Made by a program: the position numbers and the translations under genes | Notes under the pieces: generated by a model | Databases searched by the model: none | What the model saw: the letters and a program-made list of their open reading frames with translations, nothing else | Told to the model about the DNA's origin: nothing | Shown: piece by piece, positions 1-11,447 of the stretch | Position numbering within the stretch: position 1 is the stretch's first letter | Layout: every line of letters starts with the position of its first letter | DNA from: Marsupella aquatica | Lineage: Eukaryota; Plantae; Marchantiophyta | Direction of reading: 5' to 3' | Length of the DNA: 64,000 nucleotides | Assembly: GCA_973895155.1 (NCBI GenBank) | Contig: OZ316896.1 | Span: 62,001 to 126,000, forward strand

Positions 1-2138
1 TTATAGATGATTTTTGTGTTTATGGATCAGCCACCCAACACCTGGATCACTTAAGACAAACGTTCCAACGCTGTAGGGAATCACAGTTGTGTCTACATCC
101 TGAGAAATGTTTCATTGGTATGAAGGAAGGTATTCTGTTAGGACATGTTATCTCCCAAAGAGGAATCGAAGTGGATGCAGAGAAAGTTCGAATTATTCTG
201 GCATTACAACCCCCTGGAAATTTGAAGGCGTTGCGAGGCTTCCTAGGCTATGTGGGGTATTATAGAAGATTTATACGGAAGTATGCTGACCTTGCCATGC
301 CTTTAACCCAGCTCCTTAAGAAGGACGTGGCATATGTATGGACTGCAGCAAGGCAAACAGCCTTTGAAGTTTTAAAAACCAAACTAACTGTTGCGCCCAT
401 TCTACAACCACCGGATTGGCAGAAACCTTTTCATGTGTATATTGATGCCTCAGCTTTTTGTGTGGGCGCTGCCTTAAGTCAACTGGATGATGAGAAGAAA
501 GACCACCCTATATATTATGCCAGTAGGCAAATGAATAGTGCTGAAAAGAATTATACGGTCACAGAGAGGGAGGCCTTAGCAGTCATTTTCTCTTGTAAAA
601 AGTTCCGGCACTATCTTCTGGGTTATAAAACTATTTTCCACACGGATCATTCTTCTTTAAAATACCTAGTGAATCAGGCAGATTTAAGTGGGCGCATTGC
701 TAGGTGGGTACTTCTTTTACAAGAATATGATTATGAGGTACAAGTTCGAGCCGGGAAACACCATGAGAATGCAGATTTCCTATCACGATTGCCTGGAGAT
801 CCTAGTGCCGAACCTTTGTCTGATCAATTTCCGGACGAACAGCTATGGCATTTGGAAGGAGAAGAATCAAGGTACTTTGACATTGTTCAGATGCTTACTC
901 ACGGAATTTATCCACCAGGGTTGAATGCAGAAGAAAAAGCTGTTTTCCTCTACAAAGTAGGACCATATACTATTGTGAGGGGTGTTCTATTTAAATTATT
1001 GCCAAATCAGAGACTTCACCGTTGCTTGGAAGCTCAAGAAGTTCCAAAGGTCATTTCAGCCTTACACACTGAAGCCTCCGGTGGACACTATGCCGTAAAT
1101 ACAACTGTTAAGAAAATTAAGGACGCTGGATTTTGGTGGCCTACCATGCATAAGGACACTTATAACTACATTCAAAGCTGTGACCCTTGTCAGCGAATAG
1201 GGAAGCCTACTGCAACATCAAAATGGCCTCTAACACCCATTTTGCCTCTAGCTCCATTTGAGAAATGGGGGATAGACTTTATTGGCCCCATTTCCCCTGC
1301 TGCTAGACGAAGTAGAAGCAGATATATCATTCTTGCTACGGACTACCTCACCAAATGGGTGGAGGCTAAGCATACTAGGAAGAATGACGCTGCCACAGCC
1401 GCCAATTTCTTATTTGAAAACATTATTACCCGGTATGGCTGTCCCTTGGAATTGGTAAGTGATCGAGGCCTGCACTTCCTTAATGAGACAATTGAGCTCA
1501 TCACTGAGAAATATCTGATTAAGCATCGAAAGACCACCCCTTATAATCCCCGAGCTAACGGATTGACTGAAAGAGCTAATGGGTTAATGGGAAAAATATT
1601 GAATAAAATGGTGGAAGCACATAAAACGGATTGGGACATCAAACTCCACTCTGCTTTATGGGCTTACAGAACTGCAGAAAAGATTACTACCTTGAGAACG
1701 CCCTTCTACTTAACTTTTGGTATGCATAGTGTTACCCCCATTGAATTTGAACTACCTACTGAACGGCTTCTGATCTCTGAGAGGTTACCTGAACTTGATA
1801 GTTTCCACACTAGGTTGGAAGTTCTGGATGAATTAGAAGAACATAGACTTCTAGCGTTACAGCATACCATACAACAACAGGATAAACGGAAGATGGCCTA
1901 TGATAAGAGGTTAAAAATACCGACACTACAGCCAGGAGATTTGGCGCTTGTGTATGACTCTAGGTATATGTTCTTCCCTGGGAAGCTTCACACTCACTGG
2001 ATCGGCCCTTACAGAGTTGTTACCGTATGGCCTAATGGGTCTTTAACTTTGGAAACCTTGAATAGAGAACCTCTTGATACCAGAATCAATGGATCCAGAG
2101 TGAAGAAATATTATATACCCCACTCCAATGGCTTGTGA
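1..2138 (+). CDS. pol: Ty3/Gypsy pol, 3' part (RT end, RNase H, integrase), family A, non-chromovirus Athila/Phygy-like
   Basis: IDDF at window start (frame from nt 3); RNase H motifs YIDAS, EREALAV, TDH, NADFLSR; integrase HHCC (LH...GGH...CDPCQR), WGIDF, VSDRG, NGLTER and GPY/R motif; no chromodomain and no extra RNase H. Confidence 0.95.
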   Translation, partial: IDDFCVYGSATQHLDHLRQTFQRCRESQLCLHPEKCFIGMKEGILLGHVISQRGIEVDAEKVRIILALQPPGNLKALRGFLGYVGYYRRFIRKYADLAMPLTQLLKKDVAYVWTAARQTAFEVLKTKLTVAPILQPPDWQKPFHVYIDASAFCVGAALSQLDDEKKDHPIYYASRQMNSAEKNYTVTEREALAVIFSCKKFRHYLLGYKTIFHTDHSSLKYLVNQADLSGRIARWVLLLQEYDYEVQVRAGKHHENADFLSRLPGDPSAEPLSDQFPDEQLWHLEGEESRYFDIVQMLTHGIYPPGLNAEEKAVFLYKVGPYTIVRGVLFKLLPNQRLHRCLEAQEVPKVISALHTEASGGHYAVNTTVKKIKDAGFWWPTMHKDTYNYIQSCDPCQRIGKPTATSKWPLTPILPLAPFEKWGIDFIGPISPAARRSRSRYIILATDYLTKWVEAKHTRKNDAATAANFLFENIITRYGCPLELVSDRGLHFLNETIELITEKYLIKHRKTTPYNPRANGLTERANGLMGKILNKMVEAHKTDWDIKLHSALWAYRTAEKITTLRTPFYLTFGMHSVTPIEFELPTERLLISERLPELDSFHTRLEVLDELEEHRLLALQHTIQQQDKRKMAYDKRLKIPTLQPGDLALVYDSRYMFFPGKLHTHWIGPYRVVTVWPNGSLTLETLNREPLDTRINGSRVKKYYIPHSNGL

Positions 2139-2154
2139 GGGCACGGCGCCGTTT

Positions 2155-2167
2155 GAGGAGAGGGCTA
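2155..2167 (+). promoter_or_regulatory. Polypurine tract of family A
   Basis: GAGGAGAGGG-CTA directly followed by TG at 2168, 17 nt after the pol stop; same PPT-CTA|TG layout as family B at 49534-49546. Confidence 0.7.
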
Positions 2168-2274
2168 TGTAGATAGGCAGTAATTCCAAAGTCATGAAGA
2201 AAACCGGAAAATTTTTAAATTTTTGAAGTAGTTAAACTATATTTGCTGATAACTCGAGTAAACTAAACTCTGCC

Positions 2275-2430
2275 GAAGATTAAGAGTTTAAGAGTTTACG
2301 GGTTTACGAGTAAACCCTACTTTAATAGTTTAAGAGTTTAAGAGTTGAAGAGTTGAAGTGTTTAATAGTTTAAGAGTTTAAGGGTTTACGAGTAAACCCT
2401 ACTTTAAGACTTTACGACTTTAAGAGTTGC
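2275..2430 (+). repeat. Degenerate 8-mer array (TTTAAGAG and variants) with two GGGTTTACGAGTAAACCC palindromes
   Basis: Read directly from the sequence. Confidence 0.85.
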
Positions 2431-2631
2431 GACTTGCGAACTGGCGAGCCCCGCGATTGTGACAGGCTACGGCTAACTCCAACGGGACTTTGCAACAAAA
2501 CGAGGAGCAGGCCTTGAAGGGGGAGGAATCCAGAACATAGGCGCTCACTCCTGACTTCTCTTCCGCTGCATCTTTCATCGCTCTCGACTCCAAACAATTC
2601 TTCGCGTAGCTCAGTGAGCAGAATTTGAGCT

Positions 2632-5028
2632 ATGGCTGACTTGAACGCTGATGCACAGTATCGTGTTCAAACTCTGGCAATTCCTAAGAGTGTGGTCGCT
2701 CGAATTCCTTTGGCGCCCGACAGTTGTGAAAATTTGAGAACATCGTTACAGCAGCTCGGATTGGAACATCTACTCGCAATCCCTTGGAATGTGGAGCTCG
2801 ACTCTTATTTACAGGATTTTGTGAGAGGATCACTGATTGCCCCTGAATTTCGACAAACCATTCGAGCTCGGCCAAGTTTATGGACAGTTGAGCAAGTAGC
2901 TCATGCCTTCCGCTGCCCCTTAGATGGAGAAGGATTATATTCAAAGAAAAAAGATTTGTCCACTCCTTACTTTTCAGGGATTCGCCATCCTACCAATGGC
3001 TGGAATGTGACACAATGTACCTATCCGGATTTGAGGATTCTTTTAGAATTTCTAGTGCCCATTCTCCATCCGAAGAGACCAACTATCTGCCCTGTGGCAT
3101 TGGCGAATACTATCGTAGCTTCTCACAGTGGAGCTATTCAAGTAAATTGGGCGTTGTTACTTTTCAATGTGATGCACGATCAGGTGAGAAGTATGAAGGC
3201 AGGCAGACCTACTTGTCTACAAGTCTATCTATCTCAGCTGTATCAAGCACATGACTGTTTACATCCGGAGGAGAAAACAGAAAGGGGATTACTTCTGATC
3301 GAGTTGGACATTGAGGAAGAAATTAGTGTAGCAGAATCAGAACAGGACATTCTGCTGAATTCCACTGATCAGGATGTTAATATGGAGGATGTCTCGATAG
3401 ATGGTTCAGAATTTCCCCCTGAACACAACATGGAGGTCATTTTATACTCTCCAAGAGAAATCAGTGGAGCAGATCAACTTGAAGCTGAAGGAGACGAGAT
3501 TTTTCCTGAGCAACAAGAAGTCGTTGTTGAACCAACTATTACTGCCATACGAGGAGTCACCATGCCCCCTTTTTCGAAAGCAGAGTCAAATCAGCAGCTT
3601 ATTGATAAGTTAATCTCTCTCTTCGGTTGCAGTGATGTTGAACTCTACGATGTTGTCTGTGATTTGAGATCCGAGGCAGTTAGCTTATCCTCTCCATTTC
3701 CAGATCAGCTAACCCCTGTCAGGACCGCTTCTCCCATTGAGAGGTCAGCACCAGAAGAATTTGTTGCTCTCACTCCTACTGTCCCACAGAATCTACCTCC
3801 AGAGCCAAGTGAACCTGTCTCAAGGATAGGAAACACAAGTTGTGTTGCAATTGTAACTGACCTACTGGAATTGCTTCAGTGTGAACCTGAGGAGATAATC
3901 TCTGTGGTTAGTGACTTAATTCCGAAGTACACAGAATTCAAAGGCCCTTCCAACCCGGGTGACTGCATTTATAGTCCAGATTCCAATTATGAGCCAACCG
4001 AGGGACCTATTTATACCCAACCACAGTATGAACATCCTTCTGTTAGACAGGATCTTCCTGAGGATTCTGATCCACCCTCTGATTTTGATTCCATCCGATC
4101 TTATGACAACTCTGTCGAGTCGTCACCAAGGCAAGGATTTGAGGATGTTGACACTACCTTAAGATCTGATCCAAATTTAGTGGCAGTTGTCACCTCCTCT
4201 ACTCAAACACCCCGGTATTCTGTCATTGAGAAAAGATATACACGACATCCAGAGTCTCAAGTGCAGAGGTACGTGGAGACTTGTAAGATAATGCAGGCCA
4301 ACAGACCCCCAATTGGAGAGTTTTGGAGATACTACTACCTTAAGAAGACTGAGGCCAGTTACATATTTGACCTCAGAAGTTTCGGAACTTCAAGAGTGGA
4401 GATGGCTCAATTTGATGAGTTCTGGGCTGACTCAATCTACTTCCGACCCATCCTTGCTATGATGCTACTTCAAGGGGATGTAGAAGTAGAAGATCCAGAT
4501 TTGGTTTTGGCCTATTTCGGGAATTTTGCAGCTTACGCTCTGGACTTTGTGATTTCTTTTCTCATGCAGAGTAAGAAATCCACTTCTCACCAGAACTCTT
4601 ACATCCCACGAGAGCCGAAGGTTGTCCTTGTTTCCACCAGTTCCCTAGCTGAGAAACAGAGGATCTGGAATAATGTCACTACTCAGACCCTGGCTCATTT
4701 CAACCGATATTTTAAGGATGTCAGATGGAGACTTCGACCCTTCTATTCCAGGATGATGAATAGTGATGAGTTTCTGCATCACTATCCCCAAGTATATGCT
4801 GCCACCTGCAACAACTATGATGTACTAGGGATATACAGAGAAGCTCTTCGTATAGATTCTTGTTATTTGATGAAGCGAATGCCTTTGATGTATCCTGAGA
4901 GACAACTAAGGTGCCTACCCTACTCTCGAGGATCACCACGTCAGACTGAGCTGATGGAGGTAACACAGAATCGGACTGTCACCTACGTGGAGCTGCTCGA
5001 ACCCGATGATATTCGACAACAAGCTTGA
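2632..5028 (+). CDS. LTR-embedded accessory ORF (798 aa): N-terminal PMD/plant-transposon-protein-like domain, acidic and Pro-rich middle
   Basis: Intact ORF; GLEHLLAIPW...DFV...VAHAFRCP...NGW..TQC..P....LEFL...LHP...VNWA aligns by eye with the ORFs at 43698 and 55003. Confidence 0.8.
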   Translation: MADLNADAQYRVQTLAIPKSVVARIPLAPDSCENLRTSLQQLGLEHLLAIPWNVELDSYLQDFVRGSLIAPEFRQTIRARPSLWTVEQVAHAFRCPLDGEGLYSKKKDLSTPYFSGIRHPTNGWNVTQCTYPDLRILLEFLVPILHPKRPTICPVALANTIVASHSGAIQVNWALLLFNVMHDQVRSMKAGRPTCLQVYLSQLYQAHDCLHPEEKTERGLLLIELDIEEEISVAESEQDILLNSTDQDVNMEDVSIDGSEFPPEHNMEVILYSPREISGADQLEAEGDEIFPEQQEVVVEPTITAIRGVTMPPFSKAESNQQLIDKLISLFGCSDVELYDVVCDLRSEAVSLSSPFPDQLTPVRTASPIERSAPEEFVALTPTVPQNLPPEPSEPVSRIGNTSCVAIVTDLLELLQCEPEEIISVVSDLIPKYTEFKGPSNPGDCIYSPDSNYEPTEGPIYTQPQYEHPSVRQDLPEDSDPPSDFDSIRSYDNSVESSPRQGFEDVDTTLRSDPNLVAVVTSSTQTPRYSVIEKRYTRHPESQVQRYVETCKIMQANRPPIGEFWRYYYLKKTEASYIFDLRSFGTSRVEMAQFDEFWADSIYFRPILAMMLLQGDVEVEDPDLVLAYFGNFAAYALDFVISFLMQSKKSTSHQNSYIPREPKVVLVSTSSLAEKQRIWNNVTTQTLAHFNRYFKDVRWRLRPFYSRMMNSDEFLHHYPQVYAATCNNYDVLGIYREALRIDSCYLMKRMPLMYPERQLRCLPYSRGSPRQTELMEVTQNRTVTYVELLEPDDIRQQA

Positions 5029-5232
5029 AGGAGACTATATTTTTAGCTAGTATTGAAAAGTATAGTACTTTTACCAATTTTTCTAAATGTGTTCTAGAGC
5101 TTTAGAAGCTGTCATACTTCTTTAGGCTGTAGTCTGTACCTAGGAAACCCTGCTGGAAAAATTTCAGAGTTTTCCGAACCAGGAGTAGAAAGTTAAAAAT
5201 AGTTGAATCTACTCAATTTTTAGTATACTGAA

Positions 5233-5300
5233 ATTAAGAGTTTAAGAGTTTAAGTTTTTACGTTTTTAAGAGTTTAAGTTTTTAAGAGTTTAAGAGTTCA
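5233..5300 (+). repeat. Second TTTAAGAG-type 8-mer array, downstream of the 798-aa ORF
   Basis: ttaagagtttaagagtttaag...tttaagagtttaagagtt. Confidence 0.8.
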
Positions 5301-6174
5301 TACTTAGCCATTTTTTTCCGGCTTTCCACTTATTGAATCGTCGTTTTGACTTTTTGAGGGTTATGAAGAGGCATGTCTCTTCGACCCTGTGACCTCTTAT
5401 TCTGTAGTTCATCACTATTTATACCTCTTCCCCTAGTGTAGAGAGATGGTTAAGTTTTGCAGTTTTGCCTCTCCCTTGTGTTAAACTAGTTGATCATGAA
5501 TCTATGAGTTCGAGATCAGGTTTAACATTTGGAGAGACTTACCTCCTTCTTGTATTTTGGAACCCAAATACTTGAAGTAAAACCTCAGTTATGAATCTCG
5601 TGAATTATAATGTCAGATTCCGCTTTGGTGACACATTGTAATCTCACAAGTTCTTAGAGTTAACTCATTGAGTTTAAGTTACATTGGAAATGATGTTTTC
5701 ACCTTCATGTTGCTTAGTACCATCTAAATGCTGAAGTATTTATCCTTTTAGATCTTGACTAAGTATCACTTAGGAAGAAAGGTCAAGACATGTTGCCGGC
5801 ATTTTAAAAGGATACTCTAGTATGCAGTTTAGATCTGAAAAGCCGTGTGGATTTGGATTTCCTTTAAAGTCATTCCATTATTACTTATGTCTAAGGAGTA
5901 ACCTTGGTCTATTCCAGACTCCCTTAAGCATACTCTGAGAGATTTTTCCTTGTGTTTTGTTAATTGCAATCTTTTGCTTAATTGAAGGTTATCTGATGTT
6001 GAGTTATCATCAAAAACTACTCACCGCTGTGGAGCGATCTTCAAAGTACCTGATTAAAGTAGTCAAGATTGATTACTATGTGTGACACAAGAGCTTAAAA
6101 CTTTGTTTTTAGTTTATTACATCAAACCAACCCCATCTTGTTCTTAAAGGGAACGAATACCGAGTTTAGAGACT

Positions 6175-7155
6175 TTAAAATGTGATTTTTGGTTCTCTAT
6201 GGCAAACTACATTGACTTTCGTCTTCCCTCTCCTTCTGCCCTTCCTTTTCCTAGTTTTTTCTTCTTCAGAACTAGAAGATGACTCACTCTTGCTACTCCC
6301 ACTATCCGAGCTTGACTTATCACTTCTAGACTTCTTGGAATGTTTCTTCTTCTTATCTTTTTTCTTATGGGGTGATCCCTCCTCTGATGAGGAACTCTCA
6401 GACTTAAGCTGTTTCTTCCGGCTTGTGATATCTGCATTAATGTATAATTGAATATCCTTAATTGCTTCGGCTAAGGTCTCCGGGTTCTCCTTCCTAATTG
6501 CAAAACTCATCTTCTGTGGCAAAGCATTCACCAACCATTGAAGTTGCATACCTTCAGATGCATTGGTCTTTGTACGTCTTACCAGTTTCTGAAAGCGTTG
6601 CAAGAACTTCCTGAAGGATTTGTTCTCCTTGAACCGAAGTTGTCCCAACTTCAGCACTGCTAGTTCTGAAGTTCCAATGGGTCGAAACTCCTTAACAAAG
6701 AGTGTTTTGAAGATATCCCAGATGGCTTGATCTTCCACATCTAATGCTCTGTACCAAGGCCTAGCCTCACCCTTGAACAGGCCGGGAAGAATCTGCATCT
6801 TGATGGCCGATTCTCCATTTGCTGCAGCAGTTCCCTCGAAATCATCCAACCATTCGTCCGGATCCTCATCTCCTCTCCCATGAAATGCCTTGTAATGTAT
6901 GCGCGACCGCTGGCTCAATCTGGTCCCTGGCCTCTCGTCTGGCCGTGCCTCTGGTTCCCCCATGTCGGTTGGAGACTCACTTCTCCTTACCGACTCTTCT
7001 TCTGGTATGTCTTCTTCGACGCCACTTCCAGTTTCGGAGCTACCAGCTCTTTCTGCCCCTCTCAGTCGCTATGTATCATGCCACCCGGCGAGCTGCTGCA
7101 GTCGAGCTCTCTCCCGTTGAATCACTCTTTCTTCCCTCGGCGTAAGGTCAGTCAT
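6175..7155 (-). pseudogene. gag: Family B gag, N-terminal part, truncated; nonsense at 7069-7071
   Basis: Retrotransposon gag motifs F.G...EDPDEWLDDFE, GEARPWY, W..FK..F..EF; near-identical to 63473-64000; TAG where the other copy has CAG. Confidence 0.9.
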
Positions 7156-7202
7156 TACCTACGCTTCCGTTCTAACTTCATATCTCACGGCTTAAGAAAT
7201 GC

Positions 7203-7220
7203 CCCCTCCATCTAGCGCCA
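7203..7220 (-). promoter_or_regulatory. Primer-binding site, tRNA-Asn-like (TGGCGCTAGATGGAGGGG)
   Basis: 4 nt after the LTR CA end; matches the reverse complement of the plant tRNA-Asn(GTT) 3' end (TGGCGCTAGAAGGAGGG, recalled from memory) with one mismatch. Confidence 0.8.
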
Positions 7221-7224
7221 AAAA

Positions 7225-8686
7225 TGTGGTGCGTCCCATGGCTCCCTAAACCCAAGAAACCCCCCAGCTCAAGCCGATTCCCGCAGGTTTCGTGCTTGGC
7301 GAGGCCGTTTCCGCGGCTTAGCGGCATGGGACGCTGCTAACCTTCTACTACTACTATTAACATTTTACACACATATACTGGACAGATCCTTCATCGGGTC
7401 ATGAGATACGTAGCCGGCCTAATATAGGCCTTCCCCTGTCTTCCCCTGTCTTCCCCTCCGTCTTGTTAGGTATGTTTGGATTCCGCCGCCGGAATGATCC
7501 CCAATAGGCTTGGTTAAGCCGCTAAGACCTCTCTCAGCTCGACACATCCAACTCTCACTCCCCTGCTTACTTTCCTTCCTTCTGTTGATGTGGGCACTCT
7601 TCACACAAGTTAATGCGACACACAAATAGCAAAATGACTCATTCTGACTGAGTCATACCATGCACTTGCCATACAAACAGTACATCTCATACACAAGTTC
7701 TGCGAACTAAGCCGTGAGGCCAACTCTATTCAGCTCTTAGGCATGAGGAAACATGAATATACACAAGGGTCACTGTATGACTAACCGAGAGCTTCTCGTA
7801 CTACTTGATCCCAGCCCGGCTGGTGCAAACTAAAAACTTGCTAAAGAAGAGGCCCTGAGCTCCCCGCTGCCCAGGTACTTATCCTGGTAGTGGATCCGCC
7901 ATTCTTTGCATCGTAAGCCTAATCTACTTCACAGTAATCTACTTGCCCGAATCTACCTATGTACAGCAAGGCAGGAGCACAAGTGTTGCTCCTACCAGTG
8001 GGACCGCAATCCCACTAAGCTAAGTGTCAGGGCCGCTCCTGGTTCTGATCCTAATCCTAAACGTGGAGATCCGTGCCCGCCCTGCCCACTCACGCCTCCT
8101 CCCTCCACGTCCGCCCTCCCTAAAAGGAACGGCGCCCTTGCACCGTCACGACACCGGTGGTGGATCCTCAATGGACGCCCCCAACACTTCCTCCTCAGCC
8201 ACTGCCGTTGGCCCGCCTACTGACAGATTACCTGCCCTTGACCGAGTCAACTCTCCATCGGCCTGACTGGGTCCACCTTCGGCTTCAGCCTCGACAACTC
8301 CCACGGCTTCGGCTTCAGCCACCCCCACGGCTTCGGCTTCAGCCAACCCCACGGCTTCGGCCTCAGCCAACCCCACGGCTTCGGCCTCCCGTAGTCGTCT
8401 GCCTAGTTCGTGCTCGCAAATGAGCCACCATCTCCTGCAAGCGCTCCTTACCCCTCTCCTCTGCTGGTCCTTCTTCCCGTTGATCCTTCCTAGCCGCCGA
8501 CGCTTAACGCGCCCTAACCCTAATCGGGTTTTCACCCTTAGCCTTACCTCCGGCCTCTGCCCGGGTTCCATGGTTGCCCCTAATTGTTTATATTTTCCTT
8601 GTTTTGTCACTATACTAAGGTGTTCCTAGGGTGCCTTCCTGCTTTACCCACTTAACCGGCCGAGTGATTCCTGTCTAGGCATCACA
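7225..8686 (-). mobile_element. Family B short 5' LTR (1462 bp, ORF-deleted)
   Basis: TGTGATG...CACCACA on the minus strand, followed by PBS and gag; same length as and nearly identical to 48072-49533. Confidence 0.95.
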
Positions 8687-9240
8687 CAGCCTCATACCGT
8701 AGTTTTCACCCTTGTGGTGTGCTCTTTCCTCTATCACTTCCTCTATTGCTACAATTTCTGTCACCCCGAGGGGTTTCATTTCTGCCTGTCATTTGTATGT
8801 GCTTTCTTTTGTTATAACTTGCGTCTGTGGCTATCTTGTCTATGCCTGGTTTCATAGCATATATCTTAAGAAGTAAGCAGTATATTGCTCAACCTGCAAG
8901 ATCCAATGGCGAGTGGTGAAGAAGAAAATATTATGAACCTGCTTCGGGGAACTATTCATGACGAAACACAACTGCGAGACGTTGCTGCAAAACTATGCCT
9001 TGGCTGGGTCAGAGTAACTATGTTGCTAGAGTCGTCGGAATTGGAGCTCGAAGCCATAATCCGGCGCGTGTTCCCAGTGGCACCTGACATATTGGAAATG
9101 GCAATTAAGTTTGCAATTCGGCTTCAAAAAGGAAACTCTACGGATGGTAATTCCAACTGAATTTCACAGCAATGTGTTTCTCGTCAGTATCTTCTGGTTC
9201 TTGTTCTGATTTGTCTTTTTGTTGAGTTTTTTCCTTTGAG
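8687..9240 (+). pseudogene. Duplicated 5' segment and orphan exon 1 (8906-9146) of the Crinkler-like kinase gene
   Basis: Diverged direct copy of about 11903-12455 (MASGEEEN...QKGNSTD, same GT donor); no exon 2 follows. Confidence 0.8.
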
Positions 9241-10269
9241 TAGTAGATGGATAGTATTCTGCAATTCTAGGAATGGGTCCAAAAATCATGAGGTGTCGGA
9301 TAATGGTTCAAGCATATTGCCAGAGAGAGTTTGAAACCTGAATTTAGGGTTTAGGGCCTCGCGCTGTGTGACATCTACCTTTGGTTGTGGTGGAGACTTC
9401 GCTGGTAGACCTGACTTTGGTGGCGTTGGTGTTCGCCTCAATGATGATGATGATCCAACAAATTGATCTTTCTGACCTACTGCGGTTGGGACACTGCTAT
9501 CTACGGAGACCTTGACAGTGTCGACATTGGTTTGACGCTTCGGCGGAGAGTCGTCTTCTAGAGGGCCATCCGTTGCCGGGTTGAAATGACGGACCTCAAG
9601 TCGTCATTTCCCATTAGGAGGAATGGTTGGAACCCCTGACATGTCTCTGCACTTACAAGAACCAAACAGTGATTAAAAATGAACGCCATTTGTGAAATGA
9701 AAAGCCTTTCCACGCTAAAAAACAATGAATGCCTTGACGCAGAGTTCTTCACTGAAAAAAGATCAGAGAGGCACGTACCTGAACTTGATCTGGTGAGCGT
9801 TGAGGACTTGTAATACTAATAGCAGTTCCAAATCAACGAGCTCAAGACGGAGGCGGTGGAAATGATTGGGAGAACGATTCCAAAGACTGGAGGTTTTAGG
9901 GTGACTGGCTTTGTTTAAGTGGAGGGTTCGCCTTGCATTCGCCTCTGGTTCAAACGGTAATTGTCCCGTTTACTCGCAAGTGACTTGATTAGGTTCCAAA
10001 CGGCCTTAATCACCCTTGACTCGTCAGTAATGAGATGCGGATTCTTGTCACGCGGGAATTGCGCTATACTTTTCCGTTTTTGCTTTGCCTCGGGTGGGAA
10101 TTTTCACGTGTGGGAGCCTGTATCTGGAGCCCGTACTCGTGTGAGTGGCCCAAAGTGTTGGTGTGATTGGACTAGCAATTTCGCTGGCCTGAAGCAAATG
10201 TCATTTTGAATGATCGGACATGGAGGTAAAAACAGGTGGCTAGAGTTGCCTCGTAAAAATTGGTCCAAA

Positions 10270-10910
10270 TGTTTTCTCCCAGTACATTCAAGGGACTAGA
10301 ACATGCTCATGTTTACTCATTTCCTATGTCATTATCTTCTCCTTTTTTGATGATCAAACGGGATCTTCATGCTAGCGAGGAAGATTCCGGACCTGATTTT
10401 GGGGCCCAATACAAGGGGAAAACTTGTCTGTGCAAGCAAAAATTCTACTATTTGCTCGCATGTTACAATTACCCTCTGAGAGGTGCTTTCTATTCCCTGG
10501 TTAGAAATATATTAAGATTTAGGATTAGGATATTCCTGCCTTGATTGTAGGTGCTTTGCTCCTTTGGCTGGGGCTCGGTTGTCTTTGGGTATGCCTGGAT
10601 GGGTCCCCTGGGCTCCTTTGCCTGCGACCTCAGTGTGTCACTTACCTATGACACAGATGAAGTAGGCTTTTTGTCTTCCCCCTCACTTTGGGGCTGACTC
10701 GAAGTTAGTTTCAGGTTTTTGCTTGGCCATGATTTCACTTGACTTTGTCTTCGCTTGACTTTGTCTTCGCTTGACTTTGGTGCTGGCCACCTGGCTTTCT
10801 TTCCCTTTTGGGGCTTTGTGGGCTTTGCCCTGGCCTGTTTGGTCCTCCTTTCCCGCGGGGTTTCGCGGGTTTTATTGAAAAAAAGGGAAAAAAAGAAGAA
10901 GAAAAAAAAG
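10270..10910 (+). mobile_element. Probable LINE 3' end with A-rich tail
   Basis: T/G-rich 3'-UTR-like sequence ending in an A-rich run at 10878-10910; composition resembles the LINE end at 21296. Confidence 0.35.
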
Positions 10911-11447
10911 AGCAAGCTGAGTTGCGCTCCAACTGTCAACGCACAGCCGAACCCACATTCACCGCAGCCGGTCATCCTGAGCCCAGACAAAACACCCGAA
11001 TCTACTCAAGCTCTCGATGAACATGGAATGAGAGGCACGAAGAAGAATGACTAGAATGCGAGAGAAAGCTCATCCCGGCCGAGACGGAAATGGCTCCTGC
11101 ACAGACGACAAACTTCCAGCCTGACGGCGTTTCCAGAAAGTGAAATGGGAAGTGGCCACATCCTGCTGCTCTCCTAGATTAACGCCCGCCCAGGAAACCA
11201 CCGGCCCATTGAACAAAATCTGGGCCGTCCAATAGCAGCTGTCCGTTGGATGGCGATGCAGGAACGCCCTCAACCCTAACAATCTGGGCCGTTCATTTTT
11301 AAATGGAGGGCAGAGATTAGCCGCGGATTGAGCGCCCTGAATGGACGGCCCAGATTGGCCGCGGGTAGAGCAGCCTGAATGAAGGACCAAGATTTGCATC
11401 ATGAAGGGCAATCCCGAATGGAGGGCTAAGTACCAATACATCGTTAA

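Larger units (their letters stand above)
2168..6180 (+). mobile_element. Putative giant 3' LTR of family A containing a 798-aa ORF; right end truncated or undefined
   Basis: Starts TGTAGA right after the PPT; no second copy in the window; abuts an inverted family-B gag fragment at about 6180. Confidence 0.6.

Noticed and set aside
2632-5028. Retroviral env gene
   Set aside because: No evident signal peptide, furin site or TM anchor; lies after the PPT and is homologous to the LTR-internal ORFs.
7203-7220. tRNA gene
   Set aside because: Only an 18-nt 3'-end complement next to an LTR, i.e. a PBS; no cloverleaf.
8146-8610. 154-aa ORF in the short LTR (also 48993-49418) as a functional mini-protein
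   Set aside because: It is the deletion junction read-through; the likely true start (55003 equivalent) is deleted, and the upstream frame has a stop in one long copy (54757).
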